From an uncultured archaeon (GTDB lineage: Archaea; Thermoproteota; Nitrososphaeria; Nitrososphaerales; Gagatemarchaeaceae), in contig CAWFOU010000008.1 of NCBI GenBank assembly GCA_963817525.1, forward strand, positions 84,084 to 148,083: a stretch of 64,000 nt of DNA. The letters run 5' to 3'. The position numbers and the translations under genes are program-made. The notes under the pieces are model-generated. The model saw only the letters and a list, made by a program, of their open reading frames with translations. It did no database searches and was not told where the DNA came from. This document shows positions 28,436-37,953 of the stretch, in pieces. Each line of letters begins with the position of its first letter. The first letter of the stretch is position 1.

Positions 28436-28972
28436 GTGAGCGTGCAGCAACAGCAGGTCGAATGGCTGGTCCTCGTCGACGACAACGACAAGGAGCTGGG
28501 CATCGACACGAGGGAGAATTGCCACAAGGGTACTGGGAGGAGGCACAGGGCGTTCGTGGTCTTCCTCTTCGACAGGGAGGGGCGGATGCTGCTCCAGAGG
28601 AGGAGCATGAAGAAGAAGCTCTGGCCGGCCTACTGGGACGTCTCGGTGACGAGCCACGTCTACAAAGGGGAGACCTACGAAGGGGCGGGCATCCGGAGGT
28701 CGATGCAGGAGCTCAACGTGGTCGTTAAGAAGCTCGACCGCAAGCTGGACTATACCTACTTTGCAAAGTTCGGCGACTATTGCGAGAACGAGTTCTGCGT
28801 GCTGCTCACCGGGCAGCTGGACGGCGCGCCAAAGCCAAATCCGGACGAGATAATGGAGACGAAGTACGTGACGATGGACGAGCTGGCCGCGGACATGTCG
28901 AAGAACCCCGACAAGTATACGCCGTGGTTCAAGATAGCGTTCGAGAAATACACCCAGCGAAAAAAGGAATGA
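28436..28972 (+). CDS. idi: Isopentenyl-diphosphate delta-isomerase type 1 (Nudix fold)
   Basis: LVDDND...G, CH...G.RHRAF..FLF, LLQRRS..K..WP..W, SH, ENEFC, PNPDE, YTPWF. Confidence 0.82.
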   Translation: MSVQQQQVEWLVLVDDNDKELGIDTRENCHKGTGRRHRAFVVFLFDREGRMLLQRRSMKKKLWPAYWDVSVTSHVYKGETYEGAGIRRSMQELNVVVKKLDRKLDYTYFAKFGDYCENEFCVLLTGQLDGAPKPNPDEIMETKYVTMDELAADMSKNPDKYTPWFKIAFEKYTQRKKE

Positions 28973-29019
28973 GCCCGCGGCTCACGCTTTTATCGTCTGA
29001 GCGGCACCATCGATGAGGC

Positions 29020-29709
29020 TTGGCTTTCGACCCCGCCATATTCCTCGCCGCCCTGGGGATCACAACCCTGGAGCTCGTCGAGGCGGCCGCGGTCGCACTG
29101 GCGCTCTACGCGCAGTCCCGTAGGGCCGCCGTCTTCCTCTACACGGCGGCGGGGTCGGTCGTCGTCTTCACTCCTATGTTCGTCCTCGGCGCCCTGATCA
29201 CCCTCCTCCCCGACTACGTCGTCAAGCTGACCGCGGGCGCCCTCCTCCTGTACTTCGGGCAGAGGCTGGTCAAGAGCGCCCGCAGGGCGGTGGTCAACGC
29301 CAGGAAAGGTTCCAGCTTCAAGGAGCGCCTTGAGAAGGGAGAACTCGTCACCGCGTTCTCGGTAGGCGTAGTCGAGTCCTTCGAGGCCGCCATCGTCCTC
29401 GTCGGGCTCCTTGCGAACGGCTTCCAGTCCACGGTCTTTGGGATGGCGGGAGGAATAGGGGTGGTCGTCGTCGCCACCTACGTGCTGCGCGACCAGGCGA
29501 GGAAGATGAAGCAGGCGAACATGAAGGTCGTCGTTTCGGCGCTCCTGCTCTCGTTTGCGACATTCTGGTTCGGCGAGGTCTTAGAGCCGCTGAACGACCT
29601 CCTCCTGATCCCGCTCTTCGTCGTCTACGTCGCAGCGGTATACTCGTTAGCGAACCGCCCCTCCGCCCAGGTCGTGGCGCCTACCGGGACGCCGGCCACG
29701 GCGAGCTGA
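29020..29709 (+). CDS. Membrane protein with duplicated E-x-x-E-A motif (COG4280/FTR1-like)
   Basis: LELVEAAAV and VESFEAAIV repeats, about 7 TM helices. Confidence 0.7.
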   Translation: MAFDPAIFLAALGITTLELVEAAAVALALYAQSRRAAVFLYTAAGSVVVFTPMFVLGALITLLPDYVVKLTAGALLLYFGQRLVKSARRAVVNARKGSSFKERLEKGELVTAFSVGVVESFEAAIVLVGLLANGFQSTVFGMAGGIGVVVVATYVLRDQARKMKQANMKVVVSALLLSFATFWFGEVLEPLNDLLLIPLFVVYVAAVYSLANRPSAQVVAPTGTPATAS

Positions 29710-29841
29710 GGCCAGCGGAGGAATTGGTTGATCTTCGCGCCGGCGACGTGAACATAGCGTCGCAGACCAGGGCTCGGCGCGGTTAGGACAATTTCCGAGG
29801 CGCGGAATTTTGCCGTTGTTAAGACTATTGGAGGAAGACGG

Positions 29842-31050
29842 CTAGAGGATGGTCGAGACGCCGTACCTCCCCCCGAGGAGACGGCCCTCCTCGAACCTCC
29901 GCAGCTTGAATACGGAGACATCATAGTCGGGGAAGCCCCCGTCCTTTACCAGCGAGGCGACGATTCGCCCGAACTCGGGAGAAAGCTTGAACCCGTGGCC
30001 GCTCAGCCCGACCACGCAGTACAGGCCGGGGAGGCCCCGCTCCGAGAGCTCGTCTATGATGGGGCTCTGGTCGGGCGTGTTGTCGTAGAGGCCCGCGTAT
30101 CCGCGTCTGTATGTCCCTCCATCCGCCATGACGGGGAACGCGGCCGCGGACGACCTGGAAAAGTCGGAGGCCTCCTCGTAGCTGATGCCCTCGTCGTAGG
30201 CGTCGGGGTCGGACTCGCTCCCCGAGGCGTCAAGCTCGTGGGAGAGCGTTCCTACGAAGAAGAGCTCGTTGCCCTCGGGCTTGTAGTAGGCAGAGCGGGG
30301 AAAGTCGAAGACGACGGGCCGCTTGCCCAAGTAGCTGGGAGGCCGGCCGAAGATCGCGACGGGGTGCCTGGACACCTTCAACGGTAGGTCCACGCCCAGC
30401 CCCGAGAAGAGGGGCTTCGACCAGACGCCGGTGGCGAGCACGACGCTCCGGCAGCTCACAGGCCCTCCGGTCGTAGAGATGGAGTATCCTCCTCCGGACG
30501 CCGGCGCGCGCCCTATCTTGGTGACCCTCGTCCCGGTGAGGACCTTCGCGCCTAGGTCGACCGCGGCGGAGGCGAAGGCGCCGGCGGTCGCTGATGGCTC
30601 TGCGTAGCCTGCGTGTGGCTCGTAGGCGAAGAGGGAGAAGGCGCCCGCGTCAAGCATCGGCTCGACGCCCGACGCCGCCAGCTCCTCGGGGCTCATCAGC
30701 GTGGAGTCTATCCCGAGCCTTTTGTGCATGGCCGAGTTCTGGCGGAGCGCCTTGACCGAGGCGTCGTCCGCCCCCACCAGGAGCCCGGTCTCCACATAGC
30801 CGGCGCTGCGACCGGGTAGCTCCCTCCCAAAATCCCTGAAGAAGCGGTAGCTGAGGAGCGCCATCCTGGCCAGCACCTCGGTGCTGTAGTGGGTCCGGAC
30901 CAGAGCCGTCGACCTGCTGGTCTGCCCAGCGGCGAGCTGGGGGGCCATGTCGACCAGAAGCGGGGCCTTGACCCCCGCCTTGGCGAGGTGGTAGAGGACG
31001 CTGCATCCCGTTGAGCCTCCCCCGACGACGACGACCTCGCGCTCCTGCAA
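29842..31050 (-). CDS. FAD-dependent amino acid/amine oxidoreductase (DAO/sarcosine oxidase beta family)
   Basis: VVVVGGGSTG, GQTSRS, LATGVW, AGLYDNTPD..PII, GLSGHGFKLSP; start likely TTG 31050. Confidence 0.9.
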   Translation of the reverse strand: MQEREVVVVGGGSTGCSVLYHLAKAGVKAPLLVDMAPQLAAGQTSRSTALVRTHYSTEVLARMALLSYRFFRDFGRELPGRSAGYVETGLLVGADDASVKALRQNSAMHKRLGIDSTLMSPEELAASGVEPMLDAGAFSLFAYEPHAGYAEPSATAGAFASAAVDLGAKVLTGTRVTKIGRAPASGGGYSISTTGGPVSCRSVVLATGVWSKPLFSGLGVDLPLKVSRHPVAIFGRPPSYLGKRPVVFDFPRSAYYKPEGNELFFVGTLSHELDASGSESDPDAYDEGISYEEASDFSRSSAAAFPVMADGGTYRRGYAGLYDNTPDQSPIIDELSERGLPGLYCVVGLSGHGFKLSPEFGRIVASLVKDGGFPDYDVSVFKLRRFEEGRLLGGRYGVSTIL

Positions 31051-31136
31051 CCTGCTTACCGCCCCTGCGGGCACCTGCTCTCTATTTACTCTTGGGCACA
31101 TTTAGAAAGGGATGCGGGTGAGGCGCGTGAGGGTAG

Positions 31137-32066
31137 ATGGCCTCCTCAAGGATAACCAGCAGGGCCTACATCATAGACACGGTGGGCATGGGGAACGCTA
31201 GCACGATCGCGGTCTACGTCGTGAAAGGCGGGAGGAGGACGGCCGTGATAGACTGCGGCTACGCCTCCACCTACGGGAACGTGATGCAAGGCCTCCGCCA
31301 GCTCGGGGTGGAGCCCTCGAAGGTAGACTACCTGATACCGACCCACCTCCACCTCGACCACGCCGGGGCGACAGGCCACCTCCTCAGGCACATGCCCCGC
31401 GCTCGGGTGATAGCCCACGAGCGGGCGATCCCTCACCTGGTCGACCCCACGAAGCTCGTCGAGAGTGCGACCAGCCTCTTCGGGGAGAAGCTAGTGCAGA
31501 TGTACGGGAAGCCCCTTCCGATAGACAAGAACAAGATCAACGCGGTGGGGGAGGAGTCCCACATCGACCTGGGAGGCGCCACCCTCACGACACTCCACGC
31601 GCCCGGGCACGCGCCCCACCAGATCTCCGTCCTCTTCGAGGAGGAGCACCTCCTCTTCTCCGCGGACGCGGTCGGCATGGTGTTCCCCTCGTTCCCCACC
31701 CTGCTGCCCACGACGCCACCCCCGAGCCTCGACCCAGTGAAGCTGGTGCAGACGCTCGAGATGCTCCGGCAGACCGACCCCAAGATGATCCTAGTGCCTC
31801 ACTACGGGGCCAGGAAGGACGTCGGCGTCGTCATTGACAGGACAAGGGAAAAGACCGAGGAGTGGGTCAGGGAGGTGAAGAGGCTCAACGACACGCACCT
31901 GAGCCCCGAGAAGATCGTGGAAGAGCTGAGGAGGAAGATCACCGAAGAGACGGGCATCCCCCTGGCGGCGTTCCCGAACTACGTCAACGTCATGATCAGG
32001 GCGAGCGTCCTCGGGATACTGGCGTACCTCAACCGGGCCAGCTCGAGCACGGCGCCCGAGACCTGA
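31137..32066 (+). CDS. Metallo-beta-lactamase fold hydrolase
   Basis: IDCG, THLHLDHAG, PGHAPH, ADA, PHYG. Confidence 0.92.
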   Translation: MASSRITSRAYIIDTVGMGNASTIAVYVVKGGRRTAVIDCGYASTYGNVMQGLRQLGVEPSKVDYLIPTHLHLDHAGATGHLLRHMPRARVIAHERAIPHLVDPTKLVESATSLFGEKLVQMYGKPLPIDKNKINAVGEESHIDLGGATLTTLHAPGHAPHQISVLFEEEHLLFSADAVGMVFPSFPTLLPTTPPPSLDPVKLVQTLEMLRQTDPKMILVPHYGARKDVGVVIDRTREKTEEWVREVKRLNDTHLSPEKIVEELRRKITEETGIPLAAFPNYVNVMIRASVLGILAYLNRASSSTAPET

Positions 32067-32089
32067 GAGGCGCGTGGAGCGGGAAACCC

Positions 32090-32628
32090 ATGACCACCGA
32101 GCGCAGGTTCGCCGCCTTCAGCAAGGACGCCCTCCCGCCGAGGATGAGCGGCGTCCCCGAGGGCGGGATGTGCATATCGGCCTTCCTGGTCATCTCGAAG
32201 AAGGGCGAGCCCGGGAGCGTCCTGATGGGCAGGATAAACAAGAACGCGGAGTGGGACCACATCGGCGCCTTGAACGGAAAGCGCCTCGAGCGCTTCGCGT
32301 CCGGCTGGATGCTGCCGTCCTCCCACCGGATGCTCTACGAGACCCCGAGGGTGCCGCGAGGAGGATAATGCGGGAGCTGCTAAGCCTGAAGAACCTGAGG
32401 CTGCAGGGGCCGCTCACCTTCGCGGACACGAGCACGGCCCCATTCTCGGGGATGCCCAACCACTGGGACATCGGGTTCATCTTCACGGCGGAGAGGGAAG
32501 CCGTCCCCTCGAGCGGAGCATGGGACGAACTGAGGTTCGTCGACGTAAACAAGCTGAAGCACGACGAAATCGTGAGGTCGCAGGTGGACGTTCTCACTTA
32601 CGCGGGCAAGCTGAAGCTGAAGCAATAG
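32090..32628 (+). pseudogene. Nudix-like protein split by a frameshift near 32345
   Basis: MTTERRFAAF...GWMLPSSHRMLYETP continues in the -1 frame as EGAARRIMREL...HWDIGF; one extra C in GAGACCCCGAG restores the E-T-P-x-x-AARRI-x-RE Nudix-like box. Confidence 0.7.
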
Positions 32629-32702
32629 GTCGGGAATAGCGGTTCCGGCAGGCCCCCTACGGGGACCCGCCTGTATTGGGCCGCTACGCGGAAAGACTAG
32701 TC

Positions 32703-34367
32703 TTAGTCTTCGCCCATGTCGCCCATTCCGCCGCCTCCGCCAGGCGGACCGGACGGACCCTTCGACTTGCCGGCTGCGATGACGTCGTCGATGCGCAGTA
32801 TCATGCAGGCCGCCTCCGTGGACGACTTGATTATCTGCTCCTTGACGCTGAGCGGCTCGATCACGTTGTCCTTGTACATGTCCTTGACCTTGCCCTCCTT
32901 CGCCTCGACTCCGAACCACTTGCCTCCCTCGGCGTGCTTCGCCCTTATCTCGGTCATCGTGTCGATGGGGTCAAGGCCCGCGTTGGTCGCGAGGCAGATT
33001 GGGATCGTCTCGAGCGCGTCGGCGAACTTCTGGGCCGCGAGCTGCTCCCTCCCGTTGAGCTTCTCGGTCCACTTCATTAACTGGGTTGCGACCTCTGCCT
33101 CGGGGGCGCCGCCTCCGGCCACGATGGCCGGCTTCTCGACGACGTCCTTCGAGACCATGAGCGCGTCGTGCATCGACCTCTCGGCCTCGTCTACTATCCT
33201 CTGCGTCCCTCCCCTGATGAGGATGGTGACCGCCTTCGGGTTCTTGCACCCTTCGACGAAGACCCACTTGTCCTGCTCGACCTTCCTCTCCTCGACCAGG
33301 TCCGCGTAGCCTAGGTCCTTGGGGGACAGGTCGTCGAAGTTGTTCGCGATCCTGGCGCCGGTTGCCTTTGCCAGCTTGGTCAGGTCGCTCTCCTTCGCCC
33401 TCCGCACCGCGAGGACGCCCGCCTTGGCGAGGTAGTGCTGCGCGATGTCGTCCATGCCCTTCTGGCAGACGAGGACGTTGGCGCCGATGGCCACGACCTT
33501 GTCCGACATGTCCTTGAGCATGCGAGTCTCCTCGTCCAGGAACTTCTTCATCATGGACGGGTCGCTGATGTTGAGCTTAGCGTCGAACTCCGTCTTCTCG
33601 ATCTCAAAGGCCGCGTTGACCAGGGCGATCTTCGCCTTCTCCACCCTCTTCGGCATGCCTGCGTGGACGACCTCCTTGTCGAGGACGATCCCCTTGATGA
33701 GCGAGGTGTCCTGGAGCGAACCGCCGGGCTTCTTCTCGACCTTGATGTTGTCGAGGTCGACCTTGTAGGTGCCAGCGTCGGTCTTCTCGGAGACCTGTAG
33801 CACAGCGCTGACTATGAGCTCGGCGAGTTCCTGGGCCTCCCTGGAGACGAGCTTCGTCTGCATGCTAGTGCGAGCGATCTTGACGAGCCACTCCTTCCCG
33901 TTCGGGGGGACCTTCTCGGCGATGTCGTTGAGTATCTTTATCGCCTGAGCCGCGGCCTTGTTGTAGCCCTCGACGATTATCGTCGGGTGGACTCCTTTGT
34001 CGATGAGGATCTCCGCCTTTTCAAGGAGAGCGCCTGCGAGGATGACCGCTGACGTGGTGCCGTCCCCGACCTCGTTGTCGGTCGCCTTTGAGACCTCGAC
34101 CAGCATCTTGGCCGCTGGATGCTGGACGTCAATCTCCTTGAGCATCGTCGCGCCGTCGTTGGTTATCGTGACGTCGCCGAGCGAGTCGACGAGCATCTTG
34201 TCCATGCCCCTGGGCCCTATGGAGCTCTTCACTATCTCGGCGACCAGCTTGGCCGCCTGGATGTTGTTTCTCTGCGCCTCCTTTCCTCTGGACTGGTTGC
34301 TTCCTTCCTTGAGAATCAGGACCGGCTGACCATTGGAGGTCACGCCCTGGATAGCTTGTGTTGACAT
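32703..34367 (-). CDS. ths: Thermosome (group II chaperonin) subunit
   Basis: GPRGMDKML, ITNDGAT, EVGDGTT, GGGAPE, ILRIDD, Gly/Met tail. Confidence 0.98.
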   Translation of the reverse strand: MSTQAIQGVTSNGQPVLILKEGSNQSRGKEAQRNNIQAAKLVAEIVKSSIGPRGMDKMLVDSLGDVTITNDGATMLKEIDVQHPAAKMLVEVSKATDNEVGDGTTSAVILAGALLEKAEILIDKGVHPTIIVEGYNKAAAQAIKILNDIAEKVPPNGKEWLVKIARTSMQTKLVSREAQELAELIVSAVLQVSEKTDAGTYKVDLDNIKVEKKPGGSLQDTSLIKGIVLDKEVVHAGMPKRVEKAKIALVNAAFEIEKTEFDAKLNISDPSMMKKFLDEETRMLKDMSDKVVAIGANVLVCQKGMDDIAQHYLAKAGVLAVRRAKESDLTKLAKATGARIANNFDDLSPKDLGYADLVEERKVEQDKWVFVEGCKNPKAVTILIRGGTQRIVDEAERSMHDALMVSKDVVEKPAIVAGGGAPEAEVATQLMKWTEKLNGREQLAAQKFADALETIPICLATNAGLDPIDTMTEIRAKHAEGGKWFGVEAKEGKVKDMYKDNVIEPLSVKEQIIKSSTEAACMILRIDDVIAAGKSKGPSGPPGGGGGMGDMGED

Positions 34368-34391
34368 CTTCTTCAAATCACCGATTGAGGG

Positions 34392-34412
34392 TATACAACT
34401 TCGAGTTGTATA
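34392..34412. promoter_or_regulatory. Palindrome TATACAACT-TCG-AGTTGTATA, candidate heat-shock repressor operator
   Basis: Perfect 9-bp inverted repeat overlapping the minus-strand TTATATA TATA box and lying between it and the thermosome start. Confidence 0.65.
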
Positions 34413-34482
34413 TAAGAATTAAGCCCTTGAGCGCAGGGCGATAATCCGCCCCGAACTTCAGCCAGACTCCCCCGAGGTCCCA

Positions 34483-35061
34483 TCACTTTCTAGGGCGGTA
34501 TCTGACTTGCACTACGCCGGATTCGTATGTCTTGGCGCTCACGAGTTCGAGTTTGGTTTGGCTTGTAAAGAGCGGCTTTCCCTCGCCTATTGCCACTGGG
34601 TGGACCATGAGTATGTACTCGTCCACAAGCCCAAGCCTGGCAAACTTTTGGCCAGTACGCACACCACCTGGGACGTATATTTTGCCACCTTTTCTTTGCT
34701 TTATCTCGTCTATTACTTTCACAAACTCCTTGTCACTCTTGGCGACAAGAATCTCAACACCCCGCTCGGCCTTTTCTTCTTTGTTAGAGATGGCAATGGG
34801 GTGTAGCTTGTTCACGGCCTTGGCGATGGCCATCTCCCACGCTTTGGTCTTAACGTTCTTCCCGGCCTCTCTCCAGTATGCGACCATGCCGAGAGCAGTT
34901 GGATACCCCATGACCCAGGTATCCACGCTCTTCACTATCTCAACGATGTCGTTGTTCAGATTTGAGTCGTCACTTGGAGGCGTGAACCAATCCAGGTCGT
35001 TGTTGGCGCCCGCTACAAATCCATCTAGAGTCATGGTCATGTACAAGATTATTTTTTTCAT
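34483..35061 (-). CDS. Dihydrofolate reductase-like (RibD C-terminal) protein
   Basis: MTMTLDGFVAG, LVDEY.L.VHP..IG.GKPLF, GVVQVRY; lower GC than flanks. Confidence 0.9.
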   Translation of the reverse strand: MKKIILYMTMTLDGFVAGANNDLDWFTPPSDDSNLNNDIVEIVKSVDTWVMGYPTALGMVAYWREAGKNVKTKAWEMAIAKAVNKLHPIAISNKEEKAERGVEILVAKSDKEFVKVIDEIKQRKGGKIYVPGGVRTGQKFARLGLVDEYILMVHPVAIGEGKPLFTSQTKLELVSAKTYESGVVQVRYRPRK

Positions 35062-35145
35062 CGCATCACCTGGGAGGCACCCCCTCCCCTCTCGGTCTCC
35101 CTTGAATACTTGAACCCTGCCGCTTTTGATAAGAGTTGTGGGCGG

Positions 35146-35451
35146 CTAGCGTACTGGACTCTTCTTCACCCGTGAGAGCTGCTTCTCTATCTCGCCCGCC
35201 AGCCCGACGTCCCACTTGGTGATTCCGCCCTCGTCGTGCGTCTGGATCTTGAGGGTCACGGTCGTCCAGATCACATGGATGTCGGGGTGGTGCTCTTGTG
35301 CCTCAGCGATGAGCGCGACCTTGTCCACGAACCTGATCCCGGCGAGGAAGGTCGGGAAGCGGAACTCCTTGGTGATGAAGTCCCCATCCCTCGTCCAGCC
35401 CGGGAGAGACTCGAGGGCGCGGTCGACCGCCGAAGCCGAGAGCTTCGCCAT
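35146..35451 (-). CDS. Pterin-4a-carbinolamine dehydratase
   Basis: ATG 35451; LPGW, F.F..F, AEAQEHHPDI, THD.GGIT..D. Confidence 0.93.
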   Translation of the reverse strand: MAKLSASAVDRALESLPGWTRDGDFITKEFRFPTFLAGIRFVDKVALIAEAQEHHPDIHVIWTTVTLKIQTHDEGGITKWDVGLAGEIEKQLSRVKKSPVR

Positions 35452-35542
35452 GGCCGTCTGGCTGTGGTCGCGGTAGTTAAGGAGTCTCGGCTCTGGCAAA
35501 CGTATTATATCCTGACTCGGAAGACTGTCTTCGAACGAAGAC

Positions 35543-35947
35543 TTGAACAGACTATCACTCATAGGGGCGATAGGCGCCGTCGGACTGGTCATCCAGATCC
35601 TCCTGGGTCTCGGCCTCGCAGGGAGCTCCAACCCGAAGGGGAGTGCGCTCATCGTCCCCCACCTCGTGATAGGGGTTGCGGGGATAGCCCTGCTCGCCTA
35701 CCTGGTCTCGGGGATATTCCGGGCTGGCAGCTCGGGCGCGGCGAAAGGAATCTACTCGCTGGCGCTCATCCTCACTCTCGCGCAGGTGGCGCTCGGGTTC
35801 AGCCTGCTCGCGACGGGTGGCAGCCAAGGCATACTCATGGCCCACCAGGGGATCGCTTTCCTGATACTCATCCTGCTGGCCGTCGGAGGCGTGGTGTCGG
35901 CCAGGAGCAGGAGGGCCATGTCGAGCACTGCGGCCGCCCCAACCTAG
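35543..35947 (+). CDS. Four-TM membrane protein with two intramembrane His
   Basis: IQILLG, PHLVIG, AQVALG, AHQGIA; pattern reminiscent of cytochrome b561/HemeA-synthase half-domains (inference). Confidence 0.65.
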   Translation: MNRLSLIGAIGAVGLVIQILLGLGLAGSSNPKGSALIVPHLVIGVAGIALLAYLVSGIFRAGSSGAAKGIYSLALILTLAQVALGFSLLATGGSQGILMAHQGIAFLILILLAVGGVVSARSRRAMSSTAAAPT

Positions 35948-36027
35948 AGGCCGTCGCTTCTTTTGAGCCCCTAGCCAACGCCTTTTGACTCCTCTACGAT
36001 TAAGCAGGGGCACGGCATCTTAGCGTC

Positions 36028-36357
36028 GTGAGCGAGAGCCATCGCCGAGCTCAGGTACTCAAGGCGAGCGCCAGCTCTGCCACCCGGGTGATGAAGGAGA
36101 GGAGGGCCGTTGCCGGACAGCTCGCCGACGCCAAGACGAAGGAGAAGCTCAAGCAGGTCGTAAAGCCGAACTCCCTCACAAAGACTCTGCGAAGGACGGG
36201 CATTGCCCTGATCATAACGCCCGACCCCATCACGGCGGTCCCCGGGGTGGTGATGCTCGGAGCCTCCTTCGCCACCAGGAAGAGGGAGCCGCTCACCCCG
36301 GCCTCCGTCTACGAGGAGACGCAGAAGATAATCTCCGAGATGGACTCGTTCTTCTAG
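36028..36357 (+). CDS. Hypothetical protein
   Basis: GTG about 25 nt after ATTAAG; GIALIITPDPITAVPGVVMLG hydrophobic hairpin. Confidence 0.65.
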   Translation: MSESHRRAQVLKASASSATRVMKERRAVAGQLADAKTKEKLKQVVKPNSLTKTLRRTGIALIITPDPITAVPGVVMLGASFATRKREPLTPASVYEETQKIISEMDSFF

Positions 36358-36411
36358 CGATTCCGACGAATCGTTGATAAAGAACGGTTAGCGCTTGCTG
36401 CGGCGGGTTCA

Positions 36412-36726
36412 ATGGAGGTCAAGCCCGTCAACGGTCTAAAGGTCAACTGCATCCCGACCAAGGAGGCTGTCTTCGGGGAGGACGGCGTCGAGGTCAAGAA
36501 GGCCTCGTTGCCCGCCGGCAAGAATCGCGCGGGGGTCCTTACGGGCAGGACGCTCGCAGGCTTCGCCGAGGTCGAGATGACTGCCCTTGACGGAAAGAAG
36601 CACTGGTATCCCACGGAGGAGATGCTCGGCGAGAAGGGGGAGAAGGTGGTCGAGGAGGAGATCGTCATAGAGGAGCCCGCGGACGACGAAGGCGAGGAGT
36701 CCTCGGCCGAGGAAGACGCCGAGTAG
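36412..36726 (+). CDS. Hypothetical protein with acidic tail
   Basis: ATG after GATAAA; strong codon bias; E/D-rich C-terminus. Confidence 0.7.
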   Translation: MEVKPVNGLKVNCIPTKEAVFGEDGVEVKKASLPAGKNRAGVLTGRTLAGFAEVEMTALDGKKHWYPTEEMLGEKGEKVVEEEIVIEEPADDEGEESSAEEDAE

Positions 36727-36774
36727 CCTCTCCGACGCATCTGTCCTTAAGTAGATTCCTGAAGTGTCTCCCAG

Positions 36775-37635
36775 TTGTCGAGGCCCGAGGTCGGGGAGGT
36801 CAGGAGCAAGACCCTTCTCCGCAGGATGGACTTTGGGAGGAGAGGCGTGGAGTACACTATCAACCTCTATCGGGGCTGCACCCACGCGTGCGTCTACTGC
36901 TACGCTCCCTCCCTAGTCCACGACGAAAGGGAGTGGGGGACGTTCGTAGACGCGAAGGTAGACGCCCCCGCCATCCTGAGGAGGGAGCTCAGGGACGCGG
37001 AGAGGGCGCCCGTCTTCCTTAGCAGCGCCAGCGACCCGTATCAGCCCGTCGAGGCGAGGTACAAGCTCACCAGGCGCTGCCTGCAGGAGCTCCACGCGTT
37101 CGGGTTCCCCGTGGTCGTCCTCACGAGGTCCCCTCTCGTCCTGAGGGACCTCGACCTCCTGAGGAGGATGGAGTGGGTGAGGGTGGGCTGCTCGATCTCG
37201 ACGGCCGCCGGCAGGGCCTTCGAGCCCGGGGTCCCGCCGGTGGAGAGGCGGCTGGAGACGCTGCGCAGGCTCGCCGAGGAGGGGATAGAGACGTGGGTCT
37301 CGCTCGCCCCCGTCATCCCGGGGATAGTCACCTTCGAGATTGAGGAGCTGCTCTCGAAGCTCCGCGACGCGCACGTCGGGGCAGTCGCGGCCGGATTGCT
37401 CCGGTTCCAAGGCTACGACGCCTCCAGGGAGATGTTCGAGGCAGCCACGGGGATGACGGCGGACGAGGCGCTAGAGTCGGGGGAAAGCGTGATCGCCCGG
37501 GTAAGGGAGGCCGTCTCGCGGGCCGGGTTCAAAGGCCCCGACGAGCTCTTCAGATGGGAGCCCCCGAGGGCGCCGAGCCTGGACCAGTTCGTCGGCCTTA
37601 GCCTGGAGTCGTCCTTGCCCGCCGGATCCCGTTGA
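36775..37635 (+). CDS. Radical SAM protein (SplB/Rv2578c-like family)
   Basis: INLYRGCTHACVYCYA CxxxCxxC, SDPYQPVE..Y.LTR, TRS.LV.RD.D, FEPG, APVIPG. Confidence 0.92.
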   Translation: MSRPEVGEVRSKTLLRRMDFGRRGVEYTINLYRGCTHACVYCYAPSLVHDEREWGTFVDAKVDAPAILRRELRDAERAPVFLSSASDPYQPVEARYKLTRRCLQELHAFGFPVVVLTRSPLVLRDLDLLRRMEWVRVGCSISTAAGRAFEPGVPPVERRLETLRRLAEEGIETWVSLAPVIPGIVTFEIEELLSKLRDAHVGAVAAGLLRFQGYDASREMFEAATGMTADEALESGESVIARVREAVSRAGFKGPDELFRWEPPRAPSLDQFVGLSLESSLPAGSR

Positions 37636-37921
37636 GTATCCATCGAGGCCGAATCCACTCTTCTTCGTTGCCTTCTGCGGTCTTGAGCACGACCCTGTCC
37701 TCATCCTCGTCGACCACCCCGACCACGTCGTGGGATGCCCTGTAGCTCGAGTATTCTCTGTCCGTGATCGCTATCGGCTTGCCCTGCTTGCTGCCTATGC
37801 TCCCCATCATGCTCGCCTTCGAGCCGTCGACCGAGAGATAGAGCGACGCGTTGAGGAACTCCACGTAGACCTGGGCGCTCCTCAGCCTCCGCGGCAGGTC
37901 GTGCTTCACCAAGAGCTTCAT
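37598..37921 (-). CDS. Hypothetical protein
   Basis: ATG 37921, typical codon usage, short convergent overlap with radical SAM gene. Confidence 0.55.
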   Translation of the reverse strand: MKLLVKHDLPRRLRSAQVYVEFLNASLYLSVDGSKASMMGSIGSKQGKPIAITDREYSSYRASHDVVGVVDEDEDRVVLKTAEGNEEEWIRPRWILNGIRRARTTPG

Positions 37922-37953
37922 CGGCGCCTCGAGGAGGGGCTTCGATATTTGTC

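Noticed and set aside
29842-31050. FAD oxidoreductase as the missing HemY/CgoX
   Set aside because: Motifs are DAO/sarcosine-oxidase type (TPD, GHGFK), and it is 23 kb from the heme operon
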